This document shows, piece by piece, positions 1 through 13,440 of a DNA stretch of 64,000 nucleotides. The stretch comes from Tubiluchus corallicola (lineage: Eukaryota; Animalia; Priapulida). Where the stretch lies: assembly GCA_030141605.1 (NCBI GenBank), contig JAQGDQ010000200.1, positions 338,227-402,226 of the forward strand, read 5' to 3'. A program made the position numbers and the translations under genes. The notes below the pieces were generated by a model. That model had not been told where the DNA came from, searched no databases, and was given only the letters and a program-made list of their open reading frames with translations. Within the stretch, counting starts at the first letter, position 1, and each line of letters opens with the position of its first letter.

Positions 1-1904
1 AATATACGTTTTTACTAAATATCATTAATTAACATAGATCGTACATAGTTTTTTGAACGAAAGAAAACACGCTATGGAAAGCAAAATTTTTTGGCAAATT
101 AAAAACGTTTTGGTAGTAAGCATTATTAGTACAAAAATTACTGATAATTTTTTCTGCGTTCATATTAATATACTAGTAAGTATACATTGTTAATAATCGG
201 ACAAATAACAATAACAGCAGGTAGCAATTTTAAGTTATGATAGTTGCATATACTAGACATCTTGTGTCTCTGTGATAATAATTATGTATGAGTTAAAAAC
301 ATGAACTATTAAAACAAAAACGCTTAATTCTCTGATTGGCTGCAAAGTTTGAACCTTATTGTTTAAATATTTAGCAGCACATCTAATTTGCAAACTGTGT
401 TCAAGCAATTCAGTGTGTTGGAGTGACATTTTATTCAAATGCTTACGTCTTAATGGATTAGACAAATCTTACAAATACTGTCCTCTTTTGTGAAAACCTC
501 GTTTGATCTCCATGAAAATTAGACTGATCGACAAATCCACGTCAAGTCTATAGTGCCTTGTTGCACTATACTTTAAACTCTTTCCTCACGATGAAAGGGT
601 TAAGGCTAATCAATACTGTCCATCGCAATTGAAAAACTGATCGCTTGTGAAAGAGATGAAGTGAATTTTCCTAAATCTCGGTTTATCCACTTTGCAGAAT
701 GTAACGAACTGAGCGGCACAAAAGCGCTTACAACTATTATAGTAGCTGTATGAACGAGACAATTTGCAGGTGCTCTTCAGAATAGCTTTAGAGCACCGTT
801 TTTTTAATTATATTTCATTAATTTAGAGAAAAATTTAAAGAAAAATTTATGCTACTGACGAACTGTTAAAGCTACGTATACTCTAACGTTTAATTACATA
901 CAGGGTGGTCTTCAGCTATGTTTCAATTCTGTCACTATCATCAACATTACAAGAAAGGCAAACAGTACAGTTTTTTAGATTATGTATCTCATTTTGGTCA
1001 CTGACGTGTACTATAAAATAAATGTTTGCTGTTCGCTTATAACTGCCAAAATAGCTTCTCTTAGTTAAATCTTAGCTAAAAATCTTAAGACCCAAAGATT
1101 GTATTTATTATTTTTTAAACTGACAAAATAAAATGAATGAGTGCGACTAATAATGACGTCATCGTTGGGTACAGCTTCCAATGGCAATAATCATCCTCAT
1201 GCATCTTACACATGTTTGTAAAGTGAAATTGCAATACCGCGTTGCTTTTAATACCGATAATAAGCACAAAATACCATCAAATTTTAAGATCACAGTTTTA
1301 AATATTAAGTTCACTGCTGGGCTAACACACAATTTAGCGTGACTACTCATAACTGGGTTTTGTAATTTCCATAGCTTTGATCCGGTACAGAGCCTATTTT
1401 TATGCAGCGTATTTCGAAGAAGCAGGTGCTGTTCCCCATCTAAGTATGCATGGTTCTGAACGAAATAAGGGCTTCTTAGAAAATAATTTTTACCCTCCAA
1501 AAAACCGTAGACGTAGATCATTTTGAGCTATCTAAGATTCTGTACTGTTTTCCTTTAATCCTGCGAGACAAAAACTCTTATTTTCATGAAGTTTCTCTCG
1601 GATTTCCACTATTGTTAAGTAAAAATGTGTAACTTTTTGTTAAATTCACAAAAATTCTCTTATGAAATGTTTGTGTAAATTTCGCACTCACTCACGCGTG
1701 CACGTACGCACCTAGAAAGTAAATTTCTTTCCTTCCGATATTTCAGCAGCTTTAGCCTTTTATATCCTTCACGCTTCGCTGAATTCGTGGATATTATTTC
1801 GGTCAATTTGAAGGAAGAGCGATAAAGCAAAGTATTACTTTAATTGACTCAATTACGACCGTACTAGAGGAGACAAAGCGTTTAAACCGGTCAACAAGGT
1901 TTTA

Positions 1905-2062
1905 ATTCTATTGGATTCGCCACTGAATAGTGAAGGCACAAATTGGTTCTTCGCTCGTAATCGCACAAATCGTGTATCTTATGGATTGGCACAATCGATG
2001 AGGGTCTGGATGACTTCTTACAGCGCTGACTGACAGGAAAGTGGACTTGGATTTATAAACTA
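1905..2062 (+). promoter_or_regulatory. Putative promoter: three reverse CCAAT boxes + TATA-like box
   Basis: ATTGG at 1910, 1942 and 1985; TTTATAAA at 2052-2059. Confidence 0.3.
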
Positions 2063-3561
2063 GACATTACAACCCCCTAACTATTTCGTTTTATCGTTCT
2101 GATTTTTTCTGGATATTTTTGATTGTGTATCTTATTTTTCAGTGAGCAATGTTAGCATATTTCAATTTATTTTTACTTTATAACTAAACTGAAAGAAATA
2201 TTCCTCTTTAGAAAATCTATGTTCGTTTACTGAGAAAAAATTTTCTCTGAGAAGACAGTTAGTGTCATGCAATTTTTTTTCATTTGCTTTCATTAAATTA
2301 AATTTTACTTTACGATTTTTTAAACTAAAACTTACTACTACTATTACTACCGGTATCACCACCGTACTAGTACTACTACGAAGCCGTCAAAGTATTAATG
2401 CTGCAGATGTCGTTGATGTTGATGTTGATGTTGGTAGTGCTGTTGTTCTTGGTCGTACAATTAAAACAGTACTGCGATATACAGTAAGCTAGAAATATTC
2501 GAGAATGATCCGTACAGTCGCTCAATATTATTGGAATGTAAGGAATAAAATCTTAATAAGTAATTTAAGTTGTTAATCTTTAATATTTTTGTCAAAATTT
2601 TAATAACATTGTACAAATGCGGCTGTGCCGAATATCATATATTGTTGGTATATGTAAATTTCCAATACGAATATTTAGTTTAATTTACCCTATTATTTCT
2701 TGGTGAGTTTTTTAATTACACTGTTCGCTTGCTTACTGCCCTTATGCATCGCGAGCCTCACTTATTTCGCTTGATTGGAAGCCAGTTGTGATCGTTTGCA
2801 GTCATCTATTCATCCGCGCAGACGGCAACCATGTTTTAGCTGGTCAACCATTGATTGAAAAGCATGTCTCATCTACTAAACAACCACAAGATGGGTCGAC
2901 CACTGGGGAGATCATTCTGTTTTGCATATAAAGTATGGCTTCACCCACTGGTGACGAAAAATGCCGATTTAAAATGAACGGAAAAACCGATGAGTTAGTG
3001 TCTGTTTGGCAGTTGTGTCCAAGGACCTTTTGTCACAGACCTGCATGTGACAAAAGTGTCCACTCTGCAGACAAAAATACATGCAAACGAATATATACAT
3101 TCCTTGATATGCTCATTAGTTTCATAAGAATGAGAGTTTCATAAGTTATAAGGAGCTGCATTAGAGCGAGACCATTTGAGGAAAATCCACCAAATACCAG
3201 ACTAAGGAAGACGAATGGAAAGAGTTCTTAAAAGTAGTCCAAACGTACAAAGTAACACAAATTATAAACGTTTAAAAGATTACAGTCCCAAAAGTACTTA
3301 TCTCCTTTTTAAATTTTTAGTCTTATCTTGTCGGCAGCTCTAAAATGTTTTTAATTTTTCTTTTTGAAGTTCATCCTAAGTGTTGAAAAGGTATGCGCGC
3401 TTTCATGCGAGTGACATTTGGCTGCTTCATCCTGTCTGGGTTCGATGCTAGCTCAATTTGGACGGTATTGTTCGTAAGCCTTTGATATTTACCTCCCCCA
3501 GACAGTGAATGTATATGAACTGAGACACTTCTGCCTTTAAATATTTTCACTAACTTCCCGT

Positions 3562-3640
3562 ATGGGAGGTCTCGGGTCCAATTCCCGATCGAGTCATACT
3601 AAAGAACTTAAAAAAGCGGTAGCGCTGGTTCTTCGAACAG
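3562..3640 (+). mobile_element. SINE family A fragment
   Basis: gggtccaattcccgatcgagtcatactaaaga...ggttcttcga matches 52770-52830. Confidence 0.6.
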
Positions 3641-6600
3641 TTTAATCATTTATATGTGGATAAGAAATATTAAATGTTGACATTAATCAATACCTAAGTT
3701 ACATGAATAAATTTGGCTGTCAAAACGTCCGGATCTCCTATCACTTAGCAAACATGAAGACATTTTATTTCCTTCAAATAAATAGATTTAGATATTAGAT
3801 TTCTTGGGTCTGACGTTTTGGCGTCGTCGAGATCTTCACTTTTGATCTAAAATCGATAAAAATAAATCGAGCACAATTTTTTACTGCCGACTAACTGAAC
3901 TATCGCTAAAATGTTATTGAATTAATGTTTTTAGTTCAATTCTAAGTACTTACGCATTCGGTATACTAGACGGTGATTCTTACATCAGAAATCTTCTACC
4001 AAAAGTAATAGATTAAGTGATTATTTTGCAGGTGACGTATGTGTGGGTTATACATTCAAAAAAATAATTCAAATTTTAAGACAACCACAGAATTAGTAAA
4101 CTGGTTGAACGATAGCCAAATGATTATTAAGGTTAAAAAGTGTGGTGTCGTGCATCTTCTGACAAGGAAGTACCCGTCGACAAACTGTCGCAACGTCATT
4201 GGGCACCAAACTTCAAAATAATCTTAAGTGAAGTCACCAGATCGATAAGATAACTACAGTAAATACAGTAAGATTACTGTAGCAAACAGATAATTGTGCT
4301 TTCTTGTTTTTTGTACTAAAGGAGTACTGAGGAGTTTCCACATCAGATCCAGTTCAAGTCAGACATGTCGCTTTATATTAGAGCATGCTTCAATCAACCA
4401 CCAGGTGGCGTAAAAAATGAACCAACGATTTAATCATAATTATATTTTTATTACGAGAACAAAATAAAGGAAACGCTTGAAAAATTTATAGCAATTGCCC
4501 TATGTGTCCATCTGCAAACTACGCTGCAAACTAGACGAAGGCATTTCTTCTAACAACTGGCACTATTTCTCACTTCTTCAAGGAGTATTTGGTCCCCCGC
4601 ACTCAATAATTTTTGCCTTTAGTTCCTTTGCATCAAACGGCTCTGTGCGGCCATTGTACACTATCTCTAAGGGAATTCCAGATACCTTAATCCAGAGGAT
4701 TAAGTCCCGTTTTTCTTGGCAGCAATCTTTATCAGTATAGTGAAGACCATGATATAAACTGATTTCTGTAATGGCTGCTGCCATGCATCAATGTGGATGT
4801 TTTTCAGTTGATGATTATAGCTGATGTTAATTTTTAACATGCAAAAGTTTTTTAGCCGTAACTTGAAAACCACTAAAATTATAAACTTGTACTTCGCAGC
4901 CAAACATTAATGTATTGCAATATCACACTGTGAAATTTTAACTTTGTAAGGCACTTGATCCTAATATTATTTTAGTTTAAACTTCGACATTTTTTTCTGA
5001 TCCACACTATGTAGATACAGTAACACTGAATTGGTTTCTAAATTACTGAATCCATGATGTCATTTTTCTCAATATTTTTCTACCAGGCAATGTTTCTTAT
5101 ATAATTTTGCCTTGATGTCTTGATAGTGCGTTTTAGCTTCTCTGTTTTTATTATAGCCATACCTTGCATTCAGTTTAATAATGCTATACTGGTATAATGT
5201 GACTCTTTAATTTATTTATTATTTATTATTATTTATTTATTTTTTTATTTTCATTGATAGATTTGCTCAGCAGGCTGAACTGCTGCCCTGTTCAAAACAA
5301 AATGCATTTTCTTAGTGGAGGAAATTTAATACTAGCAAGCGGTTATCTAATTCTCGCAATCGAAAAACTGTCACAGATAATTTAGCCTCAGACTCTTACA
5401 CTTATCTGATCCCATTTGGTGCGCTTGGAAGAGTTTTCTGGCGCAGACAACTTCGTTAGCCTGTTTTTTTGTTTTAATCTGTTGGATCGTGCTTCAATTT
5501 TAGGCCTAAAACCTGTTTAGGCCAAAATTTAACCCAGGTAACTTTATCGGTAACACCCAGAAGGGCAAGGAAAAAGAAGGTCCCATGCCCCGGACCGTCA
5601 GACTTGGAGTGGCATTCGATGTGACATCTGATGTTGTGTCTTACAGTCAGTGATATTCGGTGTGACATTTGATGCTGTGCCTTATAAATCAATGTAGTTT
5701 AAAACCGGTATAAGTGACTTTAATGACAATCTCTGTACATAATGTTTAAGTAAGTAATTTTATTACATATAACACCTTCATACTTGGATAGTACGTAAAC
5801 TTTTCCTAGGTTATACAAAATCAACGAGCAACAATAGAGAACGATTTATTCCATGAAAGTATTGCTCAGACAATACCAAATCTATCACGTCCAATTTGTT
5901 GTGGAAGTCCCGCAGTGCTTTCAATCTTTAGTGTATCGTTTGAGCAGTGAAAAACTGAAAATCCTCCAACACATCTTGTAGATGTCTCACAAACTTATCT
6001 GTAGATGCTGATCAATAGCATGTTTTTTATCATCTTAACGTTTAATTTGAAAACAACACCAGTGTATTTCGTGAGGTTGAGGTCCATTAAAGTCCAGGCG
6101 ATTCGGTTCGACACAAAGAAAAAATAATCGAAGAGTTTTCAAGTCGCTGCTCCGATAATAAACCACGAAATGGTGCGGGGTGCGCGGAGCTTCCTCACAA
6201 AGTTTTTGATAGATTCTCTTTTGTTTCAGTAATCCTTTGATGCTGATAAATAGTTCTGTACTGTTACTGTTCTGTACTGTACTGTTACACTAATGTTCTA
6301 GTCCTTTATTATTTTATTTCACTTTTTAACTGCCTTGTCACTCGTGTATTGTACTTTGAAGATTACGAAATAAATAAATAATTCGTAGTTTCTGTACCCC
6401 CGTAGTAAAACGTTATGTAGTATTTTGTAGACAATAGTTCACATTTCATAACACTTCTGCTTTCCTGCTAGGTGAATACATGACATTCAAAAGTACGTTG
6501 ACATCGTCCAATTACCACATTCTTGAAAGTCAATATGGCCACCTATTTACAACTACCTAAAAGGCAAAAAAATATTTTCGTCTTTTGGGGAGGGGATCGC

Positions 6601-6669
6601 CATGATATACCACGCTGTTTCTGCATAATATTGCCGAGAAATGAAGACATTTGTGACCGTAACCGCAAC

Positions 6670-6757
6670 TATTATCATCATCGTCATCACCATCGTCACC
6701 GTCATTATCATCAACGCTATTAACAGCATCATCATCTTGTTGTTGTTGTTGTTGTTC
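6670..6757. repeat. (CAT/CGT)n and (GTT)n trinucleotide repeats
   Basis: Read directly. Produces the His-rich and Met/Asn-rich pseudo-ORFs. Confidence 0.85.
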
Positions 6758-7500
6758 AGTATCATTGACTGATTGGTATTTGGTTTACTCTAGAAGACAA
6801 TAACGGTCTTCGTCAAAAAGGTGATGTCTGCGGAAAGCAGAAAATCCGAATTTTACAAGAAAAAAATCTTTCCTATTTTCGTTCTTATCTATGTCGTTTT
6901 CACCCGTTTAAATGCAGTTACAGTTTTACGTACGTTTACCTTACCTCTTATTTTTGCTGCACCGTGCGATTTGCAACTGCACATCCATTAACTGCTTTGA
7001 AGCCATCGTCCCAGCCCAGTCGACTAGCGTAATTTGCGGATCTTTCGCTGAGCCTGATTACTAATTTGAGAGATCCGGGATTCAAAGCAAAATCCTGATG
7101 TAGCCAGGCGGGATGATGATACACGGTTACATGGCTTTGGCTGCTGTAATGCCAATTTGCTCAAAGTCATTAGACCAATACCTCTGGTTTGCATGCTTAG
7201 ATGAATTGTTATATTATAAGTTCTTGTATTTATCAAATCGCCACATGCGCGAGCGAAATTGTTATTTTTGCCTCACTAAATAAGATGGTTTTATAATATA
7301 AGTGATTTAATTTTCTTTTCATAAGCCATTTTGTATAACTGTCTTGAGTGTCACACTTACACGTTACATACGACTTTAACTTTGAATAATATTCACCGAT
7401 CAAGGCTACTATTTCGACATTCGCATAACAGAGTTCTCAGTAGTTTCCTAGCACATAACTTTCTGAGTTATCTGTTGTTTAAGCCAGTTTACTCACTGTT

Positions 7501-7572
<72 letters not shown>
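7501..7572. repeat. Compound (CT)n(AT)n microsatellite
   Basis: Read directly. Confidence 0.95.
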
Positions 7573-7836
7573 CATCTTTTTGTAGTTGTCTGTCTTATGT
7601 TCACAAACCCAGTCCAGCCATTTATCTATCCTATCTATCCATTACACCGATCAAGGCATATATTTCTCTTAACGGATAAATTTTTGCAGTTTTAGCACTG
7701 TTTTGCAACCACCTTGAAATTATTTTTTTCATTACAGGAAATTGTTTCCTTTATTTCTCTTGGTTCTTAAATGTATGTGTGAAGATCTTATATGTATATA
7801 ATCTTCATATATATGTAAATGTATATAATATTTATA

Positions 7837-7915
7837 TAGGCCTAAGTTTGCCATAATTAGTTGTAAATTATAGCATTAACGAGAAATAAACTTATGGCTT
7901 TTTGTTAGCCTGTTT
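7837..7915 (+). repeat. ~80-bp dispersed direct repeat (second copy 10235-10313)
   Basis: taggcctaag.ttgccataatta...tagcattaacgagaaataaacttatggctttttgtta at both sites. Confidence 0.85.
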
Positions 7916-7917
7916 GT

Positions 7918-8212
7918 GGTTGTGGCTGTCTAAAATTCGTTACGGGTTTGAACCGCGATTAATAAAAATCTTCACATAATATATATTTTAATAAATTATC
8001 ATATAATAAATATAAAATATATATATATAATATATATTTTATATATATTAATATAAAGCTGAAGATTATATATATATATATATTATATATAATATATACA
8101 TTTATTTAATATATATAATATATTTATTTTATGGTAATATGATATATATATAATATGAAGGTTTTTATTAATCGCGGTTCAAACCCGTAACGAATTTTAG
8201 ACAGCCACAACC
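7918..8212. repeat. Foldback: 57-bp near-perfect inverted repeat around an AT-rich spacer
   Basis: 7918-7974 is the reverse complement of 8156-8212 with one mismatch. The ~180-bp spacer is almost entirely A/T. Confidence 0.9.
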
Positions 8213-8228
8213 GTAAGCAGAATATACA

Positions 8229-8310
8229 TTGTTCATATCCAGGACGTGTTCCGACTTTTTCAAGTTTCCTGTTTTTCAAGTTTGGTTTCAAAATTTAATT
8301 AATTATGGGT
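8229..8310 (+). mobile_element. tRNA-related repeat family B fragment
   Basis: gttcatatccaggacgtgttccgactttttcaagtttcctgtttttcaagtttggtttcaaaatttaattaa matches 36883-36957. Confidence 0.55.
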
Positions 8311-8619
8311 TTCTGCCGTCTCCGCTTTTTATCTAAATCAATCACCGTTTTTTCTTCTATCTTCAAGTTGTCGTGTCTATCATTCTGATGTCCCAATCTT
8401 GGGATTACATGCTCTCGTTCATGGAGTTGTTTTTATTTTCCTGTCAATTTATACCCATCAATCTGCCTCGCCTGTTATAAAGTTTCTCGGAAGGCCACAA
8501 AAATCGATGTCTTTACTGAAACGAGTGAAAATGTAGCAGAGTAATATTGTAGAAGATGAAAATGGCCGTCGGTCCTTAGAAGTTCAATTCGAATTTTCAT
8601 AATATAAAGCATACAGTAA

Positions 8620-9168
8620 ACAACAGTAAACAACAATTTGGAAATAACTCTATATCAAAACAGGCCATACATTTATGGAACTTACTACCCAGTGAAATAA
8701 AACTAATAGAATCTCTCCACCACTTTAAAAAGAAATTAAAAGAATATCAATATAACAGGTTTCAACTTCCACATTGTGCATCTGATACTAATTACACAGA
8801 CTCAATTTTCATCTACCCCCGCCCCTAACTCCATAAAACGATTAAAAATGTAAAATTAAAAAAAATTATGTAATGTAAAACATGTTTCTGTTAATTGTGT
8901 CATGTTAAATGTATATATAGTGTAAAATATGTCTTGTAAAATTTAATGTTTTTTTGTAATATTGTTTTGTAAAAATATTTTAATATTGTGTTTGTATTGT
9001 GTTTGTATGTTAATTTATTGTATATAATTAGGCCTTAGTTTTACACTTTAGTTTTTTTAGTCTGCACTGGACGCATTTGTCTTGAACAGTGTTGTTTTTA
9101 ACATTACGCTGAGGATTACTCAATTTTATTGTAATGAGTGAGCAATTTTTAATGACAAATAAAGAATT

Positions 9169-9172
<4 letters not shown>
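8620..9172 (+). mobile_element. 5'-truncated CR1/L2-type LINE 3' end
   Basis: Translates as FGNNSISKQAIHLWNLLPSEIKLIESLHHFKKKLKEY, the typical WNxLP...FKxxLK ORF2 C-terminus. A T-rich 3' UTR follows, ending aataaa + (TA)n. Confidence 0.7.
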
Positions 9173-9208
<36 letters not shown>

Positions 9209-9692
9209 ATAAAATAACTAATAAAAATTACGACAAAAAAAAGAAATAAAAAACACAGGGTTTCAGTCCGTCATTGCGAGCTACCTTCATGTTAAAAAAA
9301 GCACAAAAAGAACAACGATTTTACTTTTTCATGTCTCACAATAATGTAATAATTAGACCTATTGCTAACTAGACACAGAATACAACACGCAAAGCACAAA
9401 AGAGAAACACGCAACATGCAGAAAACTCCAGTTATCTAGTTATGAGTTGTCTAATATCACATGTTCTTTCAGTACACACTTTTACTACTTTCAACAAATT
9501 ATTTTTGTGCAATTTTTAAACTACGGACGCACGTGTTACAGTTGCGGTAATGCACCGCCATGACGTTCCCATCTTTCACGCGATTAAGCAGCTGCATAAA
9601 AATTTGCAGCAATCCTGCCATAATTATATCCAAACAATATAATAGCTGTTTAATAGTTTTAGCATATAACTTTTTGCACGTACTGCAGGAAT

Positions 9693-9790
9693 ACCGCAGA
9701 GATAGTGTGCTTACTTTCCATGGTGGAAGTTGTAGGTTCAATTCCACGACCAAGACGTATCAAAGATTTGAAAAATGGTACTGCTGATTT
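9693..9790 (+). mobile_element. SINE family A fragment
   Basis: agtgtgcttac...ggttcaattccacgaccaagacgtatcaaagatttgaaaaatggtac matches the head at 52740-52818. Confidence 0.6.
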
Positions 9791-12039
9791 TTTTTACCTG
9801 TCTCGCCGTGTGGCTGTGATTCACCTTTAGTTTTTAACAAAACATTCCTTTTCTTGGTGCTTTTCTGAATTTACATTACTGCAGCTATCTCAGAAATAGT
9901 TACGACACTGAGGACTTTCATCATTGAACAGCAGATTTCAAGATTTCTTTATCAATCCCTAATGTGTAAAAGGATGAAAAAATGTCCTCTTTGTTCAGCA
10001 AAAACCATGCGCTCAACTGGTTTCCATGTCAACGAAAACAACATGGCTGCTCATCGGTTGGAAAATGAAGCCAATTAGGACATGTCCGGAACTATTAACT
10101 ACAAATTGGTTTATCCTGCCCATATCCTGTCTTGAAAATTTTCCGAGCAGATTACCCTTGAGCTACAGGATAAACAGTTGTTAAATTGCTCAGCGTATAC
10201 AAATTCAGTTTAGGTTTGGCTTCAGGAAATGTAGTAGGCCTAAGCTTGCCATAATTAATCGTAAATTGTAGCATTAACGAGAAATAAACTTATGGCTTTT
10301 TGTTAACCCGTTTTTAATGAAAAATAGTTGAATTTCACATGTCTTCAAAGCAACGCTTGTATTCAAGGTGGTACAAGAACTGAGATCTAGTTCTCCCTTA
10401 TATGATTGCCAACCTACTATTAATATACATGGTATCATCTTTTTTCCATAATTTGGCCACTTCCAAGTTCCAACATATCAAGCTAGGTTCATCGTGCTTA
10501 GCACCAAAAATTTTATGAATTTGATTTTGTTTTGATTTAAGTTGACATTGTAGAACTACAACTTATATACAAATAAAATTACATAGTTACATATTACATT
10601 AATACTATATAAGTACGCAGTTAACTGCAAAAATCACTTCGCAAAGTCATTAGACTTTTGTGTTCCTTCCGGGTGGTGGGAGGGGTAAGCGGAATATAAA
10701 TGTTCCAATTTGTCCAACACCTCCACATTCTATAGTTAATTGTATTAATATTTGCCTCCGCTATGTAAGTCCTCTATTTTGTTATGATACATACACTTAG
10801 ACTACATAGTACGATTCTTTGTGTTTCGCTTGTGTATGTTCAGCGACTGAAGTGGAGAATGTCGGGCCTGGGTCAACTGATAAGTGATCACCGGGTCTAC
10901 TCGTTTTTGTAGGTTTATCCGCCACACTGCCCGTCCAAAAGTGATCAACAGACCTCTGCTAGAACAGTGGTTCTCTTAGACTTACAGGTTGTTTTTGAGG
11001 ATGAGGTAGATTCCAGTCCCGCCATACTCATCTGCATTTGGCAGACCTTGCCGGTGAGAGCTGGTAAAAAGCTTGTAGAGCGCCTAAATATATAAAAAAA
11101 TCATTCAACACTAGTTGTGTTAGTAGGCATACCATGATTTCCCTACTATGAATGCACTCAACTCAAATGAATACGTTAATTATCCAGCCTGTTACATAAA
11201 TTCGTGCATGCATTGTGGCACGTACACACCCAGGCACGTAGGCACCCAAACACGCACGCACGCACAACACATGAAAAAATCCTTAACTGATAATGGTCAC
11301 GTGATTGTGGTATGTGTAGTTGCGCCGCGATTAAAACTTATTAAAGAAGCCAATGTTTACTCAATTTACTATGTTAACAATATGTACTTAAAAAACACAA
11401 GCGCATAGACCACCCTAAGGATTCTAAAAAACTGCGTATCTTTCTGTGTCCCATCTGCAAACTTTTCCAAATCTTAAGTTGATTGTTTCTATTCTGACGT
11501 AATGATAGATGACCGTAGTTATTTTCTGTTTAAAACAAGCTCTTTTAATCAACGTTCAACGTTTGAAACATTGCAATTCGTTCATCCGCGAAATTACTAC
11601 TCAACGTTGACAGTGTTGTCATACTCTTTAACCAAACACAGACAACATTCTTTCGCCAACTCGCAGTTTTCATGATGTCGCGTCTGTGGGATCACCTCCG
11701 TGGATGGAGCTTTGCTTGTAGCGCAAGTGAGTAAAACCACCATTGTTGCTCTAGGTCTCCGAAGACGTTAAAATACACGTATCAACAAAACTCTTTAACC
11801 AAAGCATTACGTAAAGCTCTTGAAACGACAAAAAAACCGAGAGCGGATCAACTATTGATGGATATAGATATACTGCAAAAATATTTAGAAGATACAACTC
11901 TAGATTTGAGGGATGATGCATCGGCGATCAGGAGTGCATGGCATTAACAGCCATTTTTAGAATGTAAAGGCACGCATATACGACCAAACGATAATTTTGC
12001 TAACAATGTATTAAGAGTAAAATAACCATGGCTCGCTCT

Positions 12040-12227
12040 GGTGACCGGTAATAAAGTCACAGGAAAGAAGTCATGGGAAAAGTCACAATTTTGGTTAGGA
12101 AGAAAAGTCACAGGAAAAGAGTCACAAAATTTTGACCAGGGTTAGAGCTAGGGTTAGGTGTTAGGGTTGGGTGAAAGTTATTTCTTTTTTCGTGTGCCTT
12201 TTATCCTGGGACTTTTTATCTGCAACT
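12040..12227. mobile_element. Small MITE-like element with aaagtcac subterminal repeats and a ttaggg-like core
   Basis: About five aaagtcac-type units on the left, inverted g(t/g)actttt-type units on the right, gggttagagctagggttagg inside. Confidence 0.5.
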
Positions 12228-12949
12228 ATTACTTGCATTCGTTATTCTATGTCTCTTTAGACGCAAAAATATCAACAATATTGCGTTTTTTTTCTTACAC
12301 GGTATGCCTTTTTAAGAAAGCGGAATTTTTTGGATTAATATTTGCAACTTTTACCATTACTAATTAGGATTTAATTGAAGTGAGGCTGTAACCGACGTTA
12401 TCAATTCAATAGTTAAATATTAACTCTAATCCAAAATCATAAAGTGTTGTTGTTGTTGTTGTAACTATAAAGTATACAGCGGTTTTCTTCTGTGCAGTCA
12501 ACGTAACTTGCACCTATTTGCAAGTTACACATTAGCGCAATCGAAGCAAATGTTCTCTCGAAATTTTCAGCAGAAAATGTCGATGATTTTTCCCCCAATT
12601 TCATCGAGTGACTTCAGCTGCCTGCGGGTTTTTCCATCTTCAGTCATCACTGCTTCGAGAAGTAATCAATGAAAGTTTGTTGAATGTTTCAATCATCCTA
12701 GTTTGTATTTGTAATTAAATGCTTCCTGAACTAACATGGCGTGGGACCGCAAGAAAATACACGTCTGTGTATTCAAGGTTTGTCTTTATGAATTTTGACA
12801 GTTTTTTATTCTGCGTCATGATGATAGCGGACATGTTGTCTTCCACTCCTTTTAGTTTGATTGTGTGTATTCAGCCAGAAGCAAAAGAGGTTAACATGTA
12901 AGAGTGGATAGAGTAAAGCCTAGTAAAATGCCAATAGAAAGGCAGGTTG

Positions 12950-13440
12950 ATCAGGAGAACAGGGAGACAGGAGGAAGAAATAGATAAAGGAAAAGAGAAG
13001 AATGAAGAAAAAATGAAAACGAAATCGAAAATGTGCAAGGAAATAAATGGAAAAGAAAGCAAAAGGCAGAATATCAAAAAGGATAAAAAAGGAAATCAAA
13101 GCAAGAAAAGAAAAATGAAGCAAAAAAGTGATGCACAGCGAAGTGAAGTGAAGTGAAGCGAAGGACGTTAAGTGAAGTAAAGTCTAATGAAGTGACGTGG
13201 TGAAGTGAAGTGATCGGGAGATGATAAGATAAGACGGAAGGGGACAGGCCAGGAAGGACACGAGAAGGCAGGTGAGGACAGGACAAGACACGTCCAGGAA
13301 GGCGGGACAGGACAGAGTAGGATAGCAGAGAGAGGACGGGTCAGGATAAGAGAATTAGAACAGGGTAGGACCAGGACACGAAGAAAGAAGAAAACAGACA
13401 AGAAAAATAGAGGTGAGAGGGGAGAGAGAAATGAAAAACG
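12950..13440. repeat. Purine-rich low-complexity tract with (aagtg)n and (acagg)n pentamers
   Basis: Read directly. It explains the spurious K/E-rich and F/L/S-rich ORFs here. Confidence 0.8.

Noticed and set aside
1159-1521. 120-aa minus-strand ORF
   Set aside because: No recognisable motif or splice context, and the length is compatible with chance.
12050-12170. CRISPR-like array or interstitial telomere
   Set aside because: Units are short, diverged and lack unique spacers. The TTAGGG-like words are few and sit inside a MITE-like element in eukaryotic DNA.
12871-13401. Lys/Glu-rich and hydrophobic ORFs
   Set aside because: They arise from purine-rich low-complexity and pentamer repeats.
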